Assembly: GCA_965644495.1 (NCBI GenBank)
Contig: CBFFSA010000011.1
Coordinates: 496,001 to 560,000, forward strand
DNA length: 64,000 bases
DNA from: Perkinsela sp. CCAP 1560/9
Taxonomy: Eukaryota; Protista; Euglenozoa: Kinetoplastea
Reading direction: 5' to 3'
In this document: positions 45,619-56,900 of the stretch, piece after piece
How the letters are laid out: each line of letters begins with the position of its first letter
Numbering within the stretch: the first letter of the stretch is position 1
Position numbers and translations under genes: made by a program
Notes under the pieces: generated by a model
Told to the model about the DNA's origin: nothing
The model's input: only the letters and a program-made list of their open reading frames with translations
Database searches by the model: none

Positions 45619-46458
45619 ATGGATACCTCTGAACCCCTATTCCCCCAACGTCCCTCCAAAGTTCGAGGAACCGGCCTCCCTCCGGTTTTTCTTCTCACAC
45701 GTTTTATTCTCAACGTGACGCATTCTTTTTTCACTCACCAGCCCCCTGACTCACTTTCACAGTGGCCTGGAGTCGTACTGAATGCTCATCAAGAAGTCAT
45801 CGAAATCAACTGGTCCTCCAGAGGGATGCTGGGAACCCTCTCCTGGGCTTATCTTCCCTGTACGCTTATTAACCTAAACTTAGGCAACGGTTTTTTGGGT
45901 GGGAGAAAGTCAAATCAACTCTTTGGTGACGTTGAGTTATCTCTACTTCCGCATTCCTAGCAGCTTTTTAATCTTTTTCGCAATAGCTTCTCCGGGGAGC
46001 TATCTCTTTCGCATCTTCCGCCTGGTTTGATTGAGTTCACAGCTTCGTCGAATGCGTTCACCGGTTCGATTTGTTTGCTTCATTTGCCTCGCACTTTGGA
46101 GTTACTTTTTCTCAAGGATAATCACCTTTGTGGTTCTCTGGATCTTGGTTCATTGCCTCCCGCTTTAAAAAATATCAGTCTCTCGCGTAATCGATTTCAT
46201 GGTGAAATTCGTCTGGATGGTCTTCCTGTGCATCTGCACACACTTTCGCTGCATGGTAACCAGTTATGTGGTTCTCTTGACCTCACTCGTCTCCCTGCCT
46301 CTTTACGAACGCTTCACTTGTCCTCAAATCGTTTTGCAGGGCATTTACAGCTTCCCACGGGCGGTGACAATGAGGGAAAGTTTTTTAATTTTCGACAGAA
46401 CATGTTTGACTCGTACAGTCCGCGTCCCGCTCCGTCCTATGTGTTGATGTGGCCCTGA
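45619..46458 (+). pseudogene. LRR-family gene with one in-frame TAG
   Basis: ORFs 45619..45960 and 46027..46458 share a frame. The translation 'LPHS*QLFNLFRNSFSGELSL' puts the TAG (45958-45960) at a consensus Leu. Paralogue of 39869..40744. Confidence 0.8.
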
Positions 46459-46736
46459 TGGAACAGGATGCACGTCCTTTGTCAGACTTATTTTTTATAC
46501 CACAGGTGTATCACACAGTCTGTAAATGACAGATTGTCACAAACAACTGTCTCCAGATATTTCTACACGATTAAACTGCCACGGTACTTACAGTACTCCA
46601 GAAATCGTATCATACCCGTAAAGCAACAATTTTCAATTTTAATAAGGAAAATATTTCGAAAAAACAATTTTTCAGTTTTTTTCTTCTTTGAATCCTTTTT
46701 CTCTTTTGTCTTTCTCTTTTTCTTACTCCGAGCATT

Positions 46737-48491
46737 ATGCCCGAATTAGGTGAGTACTTAGTCGACCCCTCACTCACGGACTCCACCTCTACGCCCTCCG
46801 CAAAAGACAATGTGCACCCGGCAATGGAAAAAGAGCTCCGTATTTTCGGTTCCGAAGTCATTCTCAACGCTGCCGTGCTTCTCCGTTTGGATATCTTCAC
46901 CGCTACCCGTGCCATGGCTCTCTTCCAACGGTTTTATTTTCACCGCAGTCTTCGCGAACTTTCCATTTGGAGATGTGCCCAAGCCTGTTTACTGATTTCA
47001 CTCAAAGTAGAGGAAAACATCCGACCCCTTCATGATTTGCTGCGTGTCTTCGAGACGCTACAAACGTTAAAAATGCGACCTGTGACCCCACAAGGCGTCG
47101 TCCAGCCCTCTCTCCCAACTTTTATCACTTTACCCACAAAACCCAACGAAAAAACAAAACCTTTAGAAGACGAAAGTATCGACAACCCCTTTCAAAAACA
47201 AACCCCCCTGTCTTCCCCATCTCCCCGTAACGCCCATCTCGAAGGCGTTGAAAAAAATGTTTCTAAATCAGCCGACACGGCGAAAGACGCAGCGCTCTCT
47301 CCCGAGCGCCCCGAGGCCTCTGATGCCTCGATCATCCAAGACGAGTCGTTTGTGTTGCAATCCCTGGGCTACGTGGTCTCCGTGGAACAGCCCCACCGGT
47401 TTGTCATCCCGTTCTGTCACGCGCTGCTGGCATCACGGGGTGAGGAGATGGTTTTCGAGGAGGAGGCGAAGAAGAAACGGAAGACTACCCATTCCATTTC
47501 TCCGGCTAAGAAACAACGAAACCCCCCCTCACAGGAAAAAGTGTCTGGTGTTATGTTTGAAATGAAACCGGAGCGGACACAACATAAAACGTGTTGGGAT
47601 ATACAGGAGGGAAGCGTACAAAAAAGTGTAACTTCACAGGAAAGGGAGGATTCAACTTTTCTTCCCGTTTCGCTAGAAAACGTGCTGCCTTGTATTCTCC
47701 AACGCGCATGGAATTTCGTAACGGATAGTTTTCGCACCACACTGTGCTGTCGGGAGAGTGCGGTGCATGTGGCCTGTGGCGCCGTGTTTTTGGCCTGTCA
47801 AAGTGTGGGGTTAGAACTTCCCCTGCCTCCTGTGTCGGGGTTATCGAGTGGTTTGCCTTCAAACCTGTTATCCGGGACACAAAGTGACAACACGGTCCAT
47901 GATTTGAAGGTACCAAATACGGTAGAAGGGTCTGAAAACTCAATGGGTAGAGATACGTTGGATCCTTCGCTGTTGTCTAATGCGTTGATCGGTGCAACAG
48001 GTAATGTTCACTGCGCAACACAGCCGACACAGGACGAAGCGGCTAGTGATCGCGGTTCAACGCTCAAAGGAGGTGAAAATATAGAAGTGAAAACTGAAAC
48101 TTGGACGCAAAACGAAGGAGTTTGTGTTTCAGATTCGAACGTTCACGATATGTCATGGTGCGAGTGTTTCAGCACCTCTCCTGCTGCTCTTCACTCTGTG
48201 ATTGATTCTCTTTTAGAGCTGTACTCGCAGCTTCATCCTTCGAGGTACTTTTTCTTGGAAAGTTCGAAATCCTATCAAAAGGCGAAAGATGATTGTTTGA
48301 AATCTCGGCTGGCACACGCTCAACTTTTACAAAAGAGTTTTCGCATTAAGCAGCAGTATCTTTTGGAAGAAGAGCGAAAGAAAAAAATGCAGACAGTCAT
48401 TCAAAGCCGTGTGCGTAAGGCGTGTGCCCAAGCGGAGCTTGTTGCTGTTGATTCCCATTCTCGAATGTTTTCAAAGAAAAATGTTAATTGA
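46737..48491 (+). CDS. L-type cyclin (CYC12/cyclin L-like)
   Basis: 'ELRIFGSEVILNAAVLLRL...RAMALFQRFYFHRSL', 'KVEEN.R', 'VLQSLGYVVSVEQPHRF' and 'AWNFVTDSFRT...VACGAVFLA' match the cyclin L boxes. Confidence 0.82.
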   Translation: MPELGEYLVDPSLTDSTSTPSAKDNVHPAMEKELRIFGSEVILNAAVLLRLDIFTATRAMALFQRFYFHRSLRELSIWRCAQACLLISLKVEENIRPLHDLLRVFETLQTLKMRPVTPQGVVQPSLPTFITLPTKPNEKTKPLEDESIDNPFQKQTPLSSPSPRNAHLEGVEKNVSKSADTAKDAALSPERPEASDASIIQDESFVLQSLGYVVSVEQPHRFVIPFCHALLASRGEEMVFEEEAKKKRKTTHSISPAKKQRNPPSQEKVSGVMFEMKPERTQHKTCWDIQEGSVQKSVTSQEREDSTFLPVSLENVLPCILQRAWNFVTDSFRTTLCCRESAVHVACGAVFLACQSVGLELPLPPVSGLSSGLPSNLLSGTQSDNTVHDLKVPNTVEGSENSMGRDTLDPSLLSNALIGATGNVHCATQPTQDEAASDRGSTLKGGENIEVKTETWTQNEGVCVSDSNVHDMSWCECFSTSPAALHSVIDSLLELYSQLHPSRYFFLESSKSYQKAKDDCLKSRLAHAQLLQKSFRIKQQYLLEEERKKKMQTVIQSRVRKACAQAELVAVDSHSRMFSKKNVN

Positions 48492-49139
48492 CCAGTTTCA
48501 TGGTCAATATGCACAAACAAAACAAAGCAAATAACGTGAACGAAAAGCAGAATTGAATAAATTAAACCCCCCTCACAGTTATTATTCACATTTTTTATTA
48601 TTTACAAGTACACTTATTGAGGGATACTCACCGTATCTCCATACGGTGAGCATCTAACTCGCTTACTAAGGTTAATTCCGCGAGCCCAAAATCGGCATAA
48701 AACAAGCACAAAAACGATTTTTTGAAAGTTTTAAAAACAGGGCTATGTCTTATCAATCAATCTCTGTAATACTCCAAAAATTAAAAAAATCGAGTGCAGT
48801 CAGCATTTTTTAGAACCCTTTTACCAAAAACAACGACTCGGAATGCGGCTCAGAGACGGACATTTTAAATCCGAAAAAAACACGAAGATGCTTGACTATG
48901 TTCCCAAAATTGACAGAACGTTCTTTGAAGTTTGATGAATATTTTTGAGCTCCTGAACTAACTTCAAGAACTACCTTTCTTTTTGAAACGCATTTCACTC
49001 GCCCACGGCATAACAAATGAACGAAAAAAAGGTATGATTTTCTCGGCCTTGAAAAAGTGGCCAGCTGGCCAACACCCCCTGGCAACCACCCCCTGGCACA
49101 ATGGTGAGCTGGCCAACACCCGGAAAAATCGCCATCTGA

Positions 49140-49465
49140 CTATCGGAAATTTTGACCTTGTCGGACCCCTCCTGCTCGTACCAGGTGGGGTACCCCCAGG
49201 GGGGGGGGATTATCGCCGCGGCCTACTCTACCACTTCGCCGCCCTCGATTTCGAAAAGCAAAAAATTCGAAAAAAAAATCGTACGGTATGCCCGCCCCCA
49301 TGGACCCCCCATTTTTTTCAATTTTTTTTTCTTTTTTTGACCACCGGATCCCCCTTTTATATTTAGGCTCTTTGTTAAACGCGGCGGTAGTTTTCAACGC
49401 GAAGCGCGCAGCACGAGTGACTTCTAAGTTGAAAACAACCACCGCGTTTAACAAAGAGCCTAAAT
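49140..49465. repeat. Partial third copy of the hairpin-bounded element, with an inverted ~100-bp hairpin
   Basis: 49140-49360 is homologous to 34155-34365; 49362-49462 is the reverse complement of the 33780 stem-loop. Confidence 0.7.
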
Positions 49466-50379
49466 ATAAAAGGCTAAATATAAAAGCCTAAATAGTAAGT
49501 GGCGGAGTGGCAATAATTCAAAGTTTGAATCACATGGTGCTCAGACGGCGAGTTCAAACCCGCTCATCGCAATATTCCTGGCGGCCTCACTCTAAGAGGC
49601 TGGGCTGAGAACCGAATAGGCCCAATACTCGGAGGACCGTCCCGGACCCTCCCCCTCAGGGAACCAGCTCCCTTACCCGGCTTACACCTCTTGGATAAGC
49701 CGTGTTGACGTACAGTTCGTCGACGCAGCGTGTTGGCAACAGCACGTTGGTGCCGCCTTGGACAAGCGGAAACTGGTAGAGGACGTCGGCCTCGGAACTT
49801 CCAAATCTGTCTGTGAAGGGTCTGGCTTGCCAGTGACCATCCGGAGCAATCCGGAAATGATGATCACCCTGGTGGGGAGGGGGGTGGCAGGGGGTACCCA
49901 TCGGAACTGTTGAAAAACTAGTTATTTTGTCATTCAATTTGATTCATACGTCTACCTTTTTTCCTTGCGCCTCCTCCTTCCTCTGCGGCCTTGCGTGTCA
50001 CACACTTCCGGGTAAATTTTGGACTTTGTAGGTGTATTATCGGCACAGGGTGGAGAAATATCGAATGAAATCAAAGAGTATACAGGTATAGAAGGCTCGA
50101 AACTCTCAAAAAATGGTCTAGGAGTTGATTTGGGAAAAATATATTTTTTCACTTTCACCCATAAATTTTTAGTTTCTTTTTGCAAAATTTCAAAAATTGC
50201 TATGATCAGAACTAGTTATTTTGTCACAAAATTCGATTCATACATATTGGTGAAACGATATTTTGGTGAAACGATATCGGGCCACAAATCGGGCCACAAA
50301 TCGGGTACGACGAATTAACCTATGGTAGCGAGGGAGTAGTGCAGATTGAAAGGGGCGAGGGAGATACGAAGCAACAGGC

Positions 50380-50501
50380 GTGGCAGATTCCCACTGAAAA
50401 GAAATGGTATCTCCCCGCACGAAAAACGCCTTTTCGCTTTCTAGCTCGTAGACAAACTTCGTGCAGGGAGATACCATTTCTTTTCAGTGGGAATCTGCCA
50501 C
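50380..50501. repeat. 122-bp hairpin/MITE with ~45-bp arms
   Basis: GTGGCAGATTCCCACTGAAAAGAAATGGTATCTCCC...GGGAGATACCATTTCTTTTCAGTGGGAATCTGCCAC. Confidence 0.8.
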
Positions 50502-50728
50502 ACACAACAACAACAAAGACACTGATATTGAAATATCAGTTAACGGATTTGTAGTTCATACTAGTAACGAAGCATACAAAAATACAATATCACCTAGAAT
50601 TTGCGCGGTGAAGCACCTTCCACAGCCCTGTCATCCATGTATCCTAGTTACTTTCTTTGGAAATGCCTCTTTAGGGCGAATGTGTCTTCCAGCAACTCGC
50701 CTTCATATTCATTTGACCTTCTGACCTG

Positions 50729-50985
50729 TTAGAGGAAGTAAAGATAGCTGTCCTTTCTGTTGGTTACTCCAAATACGATGCGTCGCATGCGATTTATTTG
50801 AGTTTCAATCTCCTGCAATTCCGATTGATTTAAATTCCAAGTTCCCGGATTGTAGTATACAACAGGCTGTACAAGCGTTTTGTATATTTGAAACTTACAC
50901 AAAGCGGAAAGAGAAGACCAAATTGCTTTAAGTCTATGCATTACGCTCCAACCGAGCCGTACTCTCTCGTTTGGATTTGACCCGC
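50729..50985 (-). pseudogene. Fragment of a second, diverged copy of the non-LTR RT C-terminal region
   Basis: 'ERVRLGWSVMHRLKAIWSS...LVQPVVYYNPGTWNLNQ' is paralogous to 52491..52940. Confidence 0.8.
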
Positions 50986-50991
50986 CGTCCT

Positions 50992-53955
50992 CCAACCAAC
51001 AACCAACCAACCATCACTGGGATAATAAATTAATATGTCCCAGTTGAAAGCTTCACAAATTTCTCCTACCCATAAAACACTTTGGCGGTGTCCACAAAAC
51101 TAACATATTCACCAGAAGCTTTTCAAAAACATCTTGCAACAACTTCCATGCATCCTAATCATTCGAGGTGGATGACGTTCCAGTACTTAGTCAAAGAATT
51201 GTGATATGAAATCGACTTTTCATTTTCAGCACAAACGGTTTACCTAATAAAACATTTTCACGCGAAACAACAGCATATCACCTTATCACACTATCCCTCA
51301 CCTGTTCAGAAAATGCGATCAAGGGGGGTATGAGGGGGGTATCATTTCTTTGGTGTTCGTAATACGTTCTTAGTTCGCGATCTATCGTCTTTCCCCTGAC
51401 GCTTTTCTGTCTTTTTGACGCAGTTCTCTCTTTTACTGAGTGTCAATGTGTTGTTGGACTGTACGCGTTCTTGTGATCTTGTGCGTTTCGTTTCCGTTTC
51501 TATCTCTGTATGGTTGCCTTTGCTAACTGTCCTACTTTTTGGCAATATTTTTACGTGCTCACCATGGGTGCATATTTGGCTAGAGGTTACCGATTTAAGT
51601 TTGCGCTGCATTTTGCTGCCATTAGAATCACCATTGGTATGGTTTTTGCGCTTGTCTTCTGCATGAGGAATCTCGCCGTAGAATCTCAAGGCCTTTTCTC
51701 CCTTGCTTATTTTACTTGCTTGTTTAGCCACCCAGTCTGCCATATAATTATGTGGATTTTCGTTATGCGCTTTAACTTTTACGCAGTAGAAGCGCTTTGT
51801 CCCTCTTAGCGAAATATATGTTTCTTGCAATTTTTGAAGTATAGCGCCTCCCTCAAACGATTTAAATCCTATGAATCTGAACCTATGGATAGCTCCATGA
51901 AATAAATCCCAAACATACTCAGAGTCCGTGTGCAAAATGACATCTCCATCGTAGGACAATGCGATGAGAAGAGCCTCGTGCGCGGCAAAGGATTCTATTT
52001 CCTGAATAGATTGAGAGAATTCATGATGAGGTTTTAACCCAAGAGATATAGAGGGCTCGCGGCGGCGTAGGCAGACTACCCCACAACCTGTGTGAGTTTC
52101 ATCCTTTTTAACGATTCGTGCTCCATCTGTATAAATGTGTGTTTCATTTGGCCGGATTGGAAATGGTTGCCGCCCTTCTTCAATGTATTGTAGGGTTTCG
52201 TAGCACCCCTTGTTTACCCCCTTTACCAAAAGATTTTCCCATAGTTTTGAAGTTGTTTTAGTGTACGAGGGCCTGGGTTCAAGCTGATTTTGAAAATTTT
52301 CAAGTTTCTTGCACCATTGAGACTGATTTTGACCAAGTTTTAGAATCTCAGATACGTCAGAATGTAACTCTTTTGCACATCTTTCTGATAGCGAGGGCTT
52401 GGAACTCTCATCATTCGTTCTCCATAGTACGGCAGTTACGAATGGAGTAGGGTGACGAATAAGGTGGCCTACTAGCGAGGCACGTTGCAATTATATCACA
52501 GTATTGGGCTTTAGGTCAGTGGGGTAAAGAGAGTCTACTCTGCAATGCGCCTCTTTCGAGCACTTGACTCCCAATACGACCCTCCTCATTCTGTTCATTT
52601 GGACTTCCACTTCATGTAGCTCTTTCTGATTTAAATTCCAAGTCCCTGGATTATAGTAGACCACTGATTGAACGAGGGACTTAAAGATGTGTAATTTGCT
52701 TTTTGGTGATATAGTAGAACTCCATATGGCTTTGAGTTTGTGCATTATTGCCCAACCTAATCGTACACGTTCTTGTGAGTTTGAGCTGCGATCCTCCTCG
52801 TTCTGAGTGCTACCCAAGTAGCGATAAGATGTAACTTTTGGTATATCGCCGAGTGTCGCTACTTGCAAAGGTCTTCCATCATCCTTAACTTTACCTAGTG
52901 TCATCCATGCCGTTTTGTTTGGTCCGACATTTATTTTCAAATTAGCTGCGGAAGTTCAAATTTCTGCGGAAGTTTTAAGTTTGTGCAACATTGTGCTTAG
53001 CTCCTCCTTGGATTCGGAGAAGAGAACTATATCATCAGCATAATTTATATCAGATACACGCAGTTCCTTTAGGCCTCTGCTCCTAGTTCCTGAGCTATGT
53101 GTCACAAGCCCTAAGCGATTTATGTCGATAAATTCAACCAAAATACGATCAAGCACCATAATAAACAGGTATGGGGCCAGAACGTTACCTTGAAGAGTCC
53201 CCTGTAAAAGTGGAAATGAGTCTGTATTACCGTATGGTGTTTTCACGTGCGATTTGAGATTTTGATAAATACACATGATCGTAGAACTGAGATTTTCGGG
53301 AATATCGAAAGCACGTAATGTCTCTTTTATCGCAGCGAATGATAATGAAGGAAAGGCTTGTTGAAAGTCGACGAAACAGACGAACACCCCAGCCCCTCGG
53401 CGCGATTTTTCCATTATTTCTAAAAACGTTGCCTGAGCGCCAGCTGTTGAGCGGTTAGGTCGAAATCCGAATTGATTCCCGCGAAGCGAACCTTCCACTG
53501 CTGGTTGTATTCTGTCTAAAATGATTCGATTCAAAATCTTCACTACATGATTCACAAGACAGATTGGTCTCCAATTTGTGAGTGAGCGCAAGTTACCTTT
53601 CTTTGGCAATGGGACCTGCAATATCGATTTCCAAGATTCATCCGCTTTTCCGGTTTTTCGTACTTCGTTCATTATATCCAGGAGAGCATTACGCAAGTCT
53701 TGATCAGCTGAAATAGCACGTAGAGATTCAACCGGGATATTATCATCGCCTGTAGCTTTTCCTGACTTAATCTTTACCATCGCAGCAGTTAGTTCCTCCA
53801 CTCGAAATTCACCATCATCAATTTTTGCCAGTCGTTTTGGTGCAGTAGGTAAACTTATTGCTTCCACTCCCCATTTCCGCTTTTTAGGTAGAAACAGGTT
53901 TCCCCGACAACACGTGGCCAATCGGAGTTTTTCTTTGACCGCCAAGAAACCCCCA
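50992..53955 (-). mobile_element. 5'-truncated RTE-like non-LTR retrotransposon encoding RT + RNase H
   Basis: One reading frame from ~53900 to 51342 with two stops (52956, 52491). RT motifs 'KATGDDNIP', 'PKKGN...NWRPICL', 'QFGFRPNRST', 'FVDF', 'GTLQGNVLAPYLF', 'YADD' and 'YRYLGS'. RNase H motifs 'IYTDG', 'HTDSEY' and 'KVKAH...N..AD..AK'. Candidate (TTGG)n tail at 50992-51013. Confidence 0.88.
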
Positions 53956-56900
53956 AAAGTCTTCAAAAAAACAAAGGTCTTCAAAAAAACAAAGGTCTTC
54001 AAAAAAAGAAAGGTCTTCAAAAAAAACAACGGTCTTCAAAAACAAAGGTCTTCAAAAAAACAAAGGTCTTCAAAAAGTCAAAAGGTCTTCAAAAAAAACA
54101 ACGGTCTTCAAAAACAAAGGTCTTCAAAAAAACAAAGGTCTTCAAAAAGTCAAAAGGTCTTCAAAAAAAAAGGTCTTCAAAAAAACAAAGGTCTTCAAAA
54201 AAACAAAGGTCTTCGAAAAAACAAAGGTCTTCAAAAAAACAAAGGTCTTCAAAAAAACAAAGGTCTTCAAAAAAACAAAGGTCTTCAAAAAAACAAAGGT
54301 CTTCAAAAAAACATAGGTCTTCAAAAAAACAAAGGTCTTCAAAAAAACAAAGTCTTCAAAAAAACAAAGGTCTTCAAAAAAACAAAGGTCTTCAAAAAAA
54401 CAAAGGTCTTCAAAAAAACAAAGGTCTTCAAAAAAACAAAGGTCTTCAAAAAAACAAAGGTCTTCAAAAAAAAATGGTCTTCAAAAAAACAAAGGTCTTC
54501 AAAAAAACAAAGGTCTTCGAAAAAACAAAGGTCTTCAAAAAAACAAAGGTCTTCAAAAAAACAAAGGTCTTCAAAAAAACAAAGGTCTTCAAAAAAACAA
54601 AGGTCTTCAAAAAAACAAAGGTCTTCAAAAAAACAAAGGTCTTCAAAAAAACAAAGGTCTTCAAAAAAACAAAGGTCTTCAAAAAAACAAAGGTCTTCAA
54701 AAACAAAGGTCTTCAAAAAAACAAAGGTCTTCAAAAAAACAAAGGTCTTCAAAAAAAGAAAGGTCTTCAAAAAAAACAAAGGTCTTCAAAAACAAAGGTC
54801 TTCAAAAAAACAAAGGTCTTCAAAAAGTCAAAAGGTCTTCAAAAAAAAAGGTCTTCAAAAAAACAAAGGTCTTCAAAAAAACAAAGGTCTTCAAAAAAAC
54901 AAAGGTCTTCAAAAAAACAAAGGTCTTCAAAAACAAAGGTCTTCAAAAAAACAAAGGTCTTCAAAAAAACAAAGGTCTTCAAAAAAAGAAAGGTCTTCAA
55001 AAAAAACAAAGGTCTTCAAAAACAAAGGTCTTCAAAAAAACAAAGGTCTTCAAAAAGTCAAAAGGTCTTCAAAAAAAAAGGTCTTCAAAAAAACAAAGGT
55101 CTTCAAAAAAACAAAGGTCTTCAAAAAAACAAAAGGTCTTCAAAAAAAGAATGGTCTTCAAAAAAACAAAGGTCTTCAAAAAAACAAAGGTCTTCAAAAA
55201 AACAAAGGTCTTCAAAAAAACAAAGGTCTTCAAAAAAACAAAGGTCTTCAAAAAAACAAAGGTCTTCAAAAAAAACAAAGGTCATCAAAAAAACATAGGT
55301 CTTCAAAAAAACAAAGGTCTTCAAAAAAAAAAAGGTCTTCAAAAAAACAAAGGTCTTCAAAAAAACAAAGGTCTTCAAAAACAAAGGTCTTCAAAAAAAC
55401 AAAGGTCTTCAAAAAAACAAAGGTCTTCAAAAAAACAAAGGTCTTCAAAAAAACAAAGGTCTTCAAAAAAAACAAAGGTCTTCAAAAACAAAGGTCTTCA
55501 AAAAAACAAAGGTCTTCAAAAAAACAAAGGTCTTCAAAAAAAGAAAGGTCTTCAAAAAAAACAACGGTCTTCAAAAACAAAGGTCTTCAAAAAAACAAAG
55601 GTCTTCAAAAAGTCAAAAGGTCTTCAAAAAAAAAGGTCTTCAAAAAAACAAAGGTCTTCAAAAAAACAAAGGTCTTCGAAAAAACAAAGGTCTTCAAAAA
55701 AACAAAGGTCTTCAAAAAAACAAAGGTCTTCAAAAAAACAAAGGTCTTCAAAAAAACAAAGGTCTTCAAAAAAACATAGGTCTTCAAAAAAACAAAGGTC
55801 TTCAAAAAAACAAAGGTCTTCAAAAACAAAGGTCTTCAAAAAAACAAAGGTCTTCAAAAAAACAAAGGTCTTCAAAAAAAGAAAGGTCTTCAAAAAAAAC
55901 AAAGGTCTTCAAAAACAAAGGTCTTCAAAAAAACAAAGGTCTTCAAAAAGTCAAAAGGTCTTCAAAAAAAAAGGTCTTCAAAAAAACAAAGGTCTTCAAA
56001 AAGTCAAAAGGTCTTCAAAAAAAAAGGTCTTCAAAAAAACAAAGGTCTTCAAAAAAACAAAAGGTCTTCAAAAAAAGAAAGGTCTTCAAAAAAACAAAGG
56101 TCTTTAAAAAAAAATAAGGTCTTCGAAAAAACAAAGGTCTTCAAAAAAACAAAGGTCTTCAAAAAAACAAAGGTCTTCAAAAAAAACAAAGGTCATCAAA
56201 AAAACATAGGTCTTCAAAAAAACAAAGGTCTTCAAAAAAAAAAAGGTCTTCAAAAAAACAAAGGTCTTCAAAAAAACAAAGGTCTTCAAAAACAAAGGTC
56301 TTCAAAAAAACAAAGGTCTTCAAAAAAACAAAGGTCTTCAAAAAAACAAAGGTCTTCAAAAAAACAAAGGTCTTCAAAAAAAACAAAGGTCTTCAAAAAC
56401 AAAGGTCTTCAAAAAAACAAAGGTCTTCAAAAAAACAAAGGTCTTCAAAAAAAGAAAGGTCTTCAAAAAAAACAACGGTCTTCAAAAACAAAGGTCTTCA
56501 AAAAAACAAAGGTCTTCAAAAAGTCAAAAGGTCTTCAAAAAAAAAGGTCTTCAAAAAAACAAAGGTCTTCAAAAAAACAAAGGTCTTCGAAAAAACAAAG
56601 GTCTTCAAAAAAACAAAGGTCTTCAAAAAAACAAAGGTCTTCAAAAAAAAAAAGGTCTTCAAAAAAACAAAGGTCTTCAAAAAAACAAAGGTCTTCAAAA
56701 ACAAAGGTCTTCAAAAAAACAAAGGTCTTCAAAAAAACAAAGGTCTTCAAAAAAAAAAAGGTCTTCAAAAAAACAAAGGTCTTCAAAAAAAACAAAGGTC
56801 TTCAAAAACAAAGGTCTTCAAAAAAACAAAGGTCTTCAAAAAAACAAAGGTCTTCAAAAAAAGAAAGGTCTTCAAAAAAAACAACGGTCTTCAAAAACAA

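Noticed and set aside
4658-48491. Stop-codon reassignment (Blastocrithidia-like code)
   Set aside because: Long conserved genes have no internal stops and end in TAG, TGA or TAA; in-frame stops are confined to transposons and LRR paralogues.
27055-48491. Functional cluster of RNA-processing genes (NOP53, CGM1, cyclin L, TTI1)
   Set aside because: Kinetoplastid gene runs are generally not functionally grouped, and unrelated genes are interspersed.
48623-48670. Helitron 3' end (hairpin GATACTCACCGTAT/ATACGGTGAGCATC followed by CTAA)
   Set aside because: It is an isolated hairpin with no 5' TC end, no second copy in the window and no AT target evidence.
49500-49575. tRNA gene
   Set aside because: A T-loop-like motif is present, but no acceptor, D or anticodon stems can be formed.
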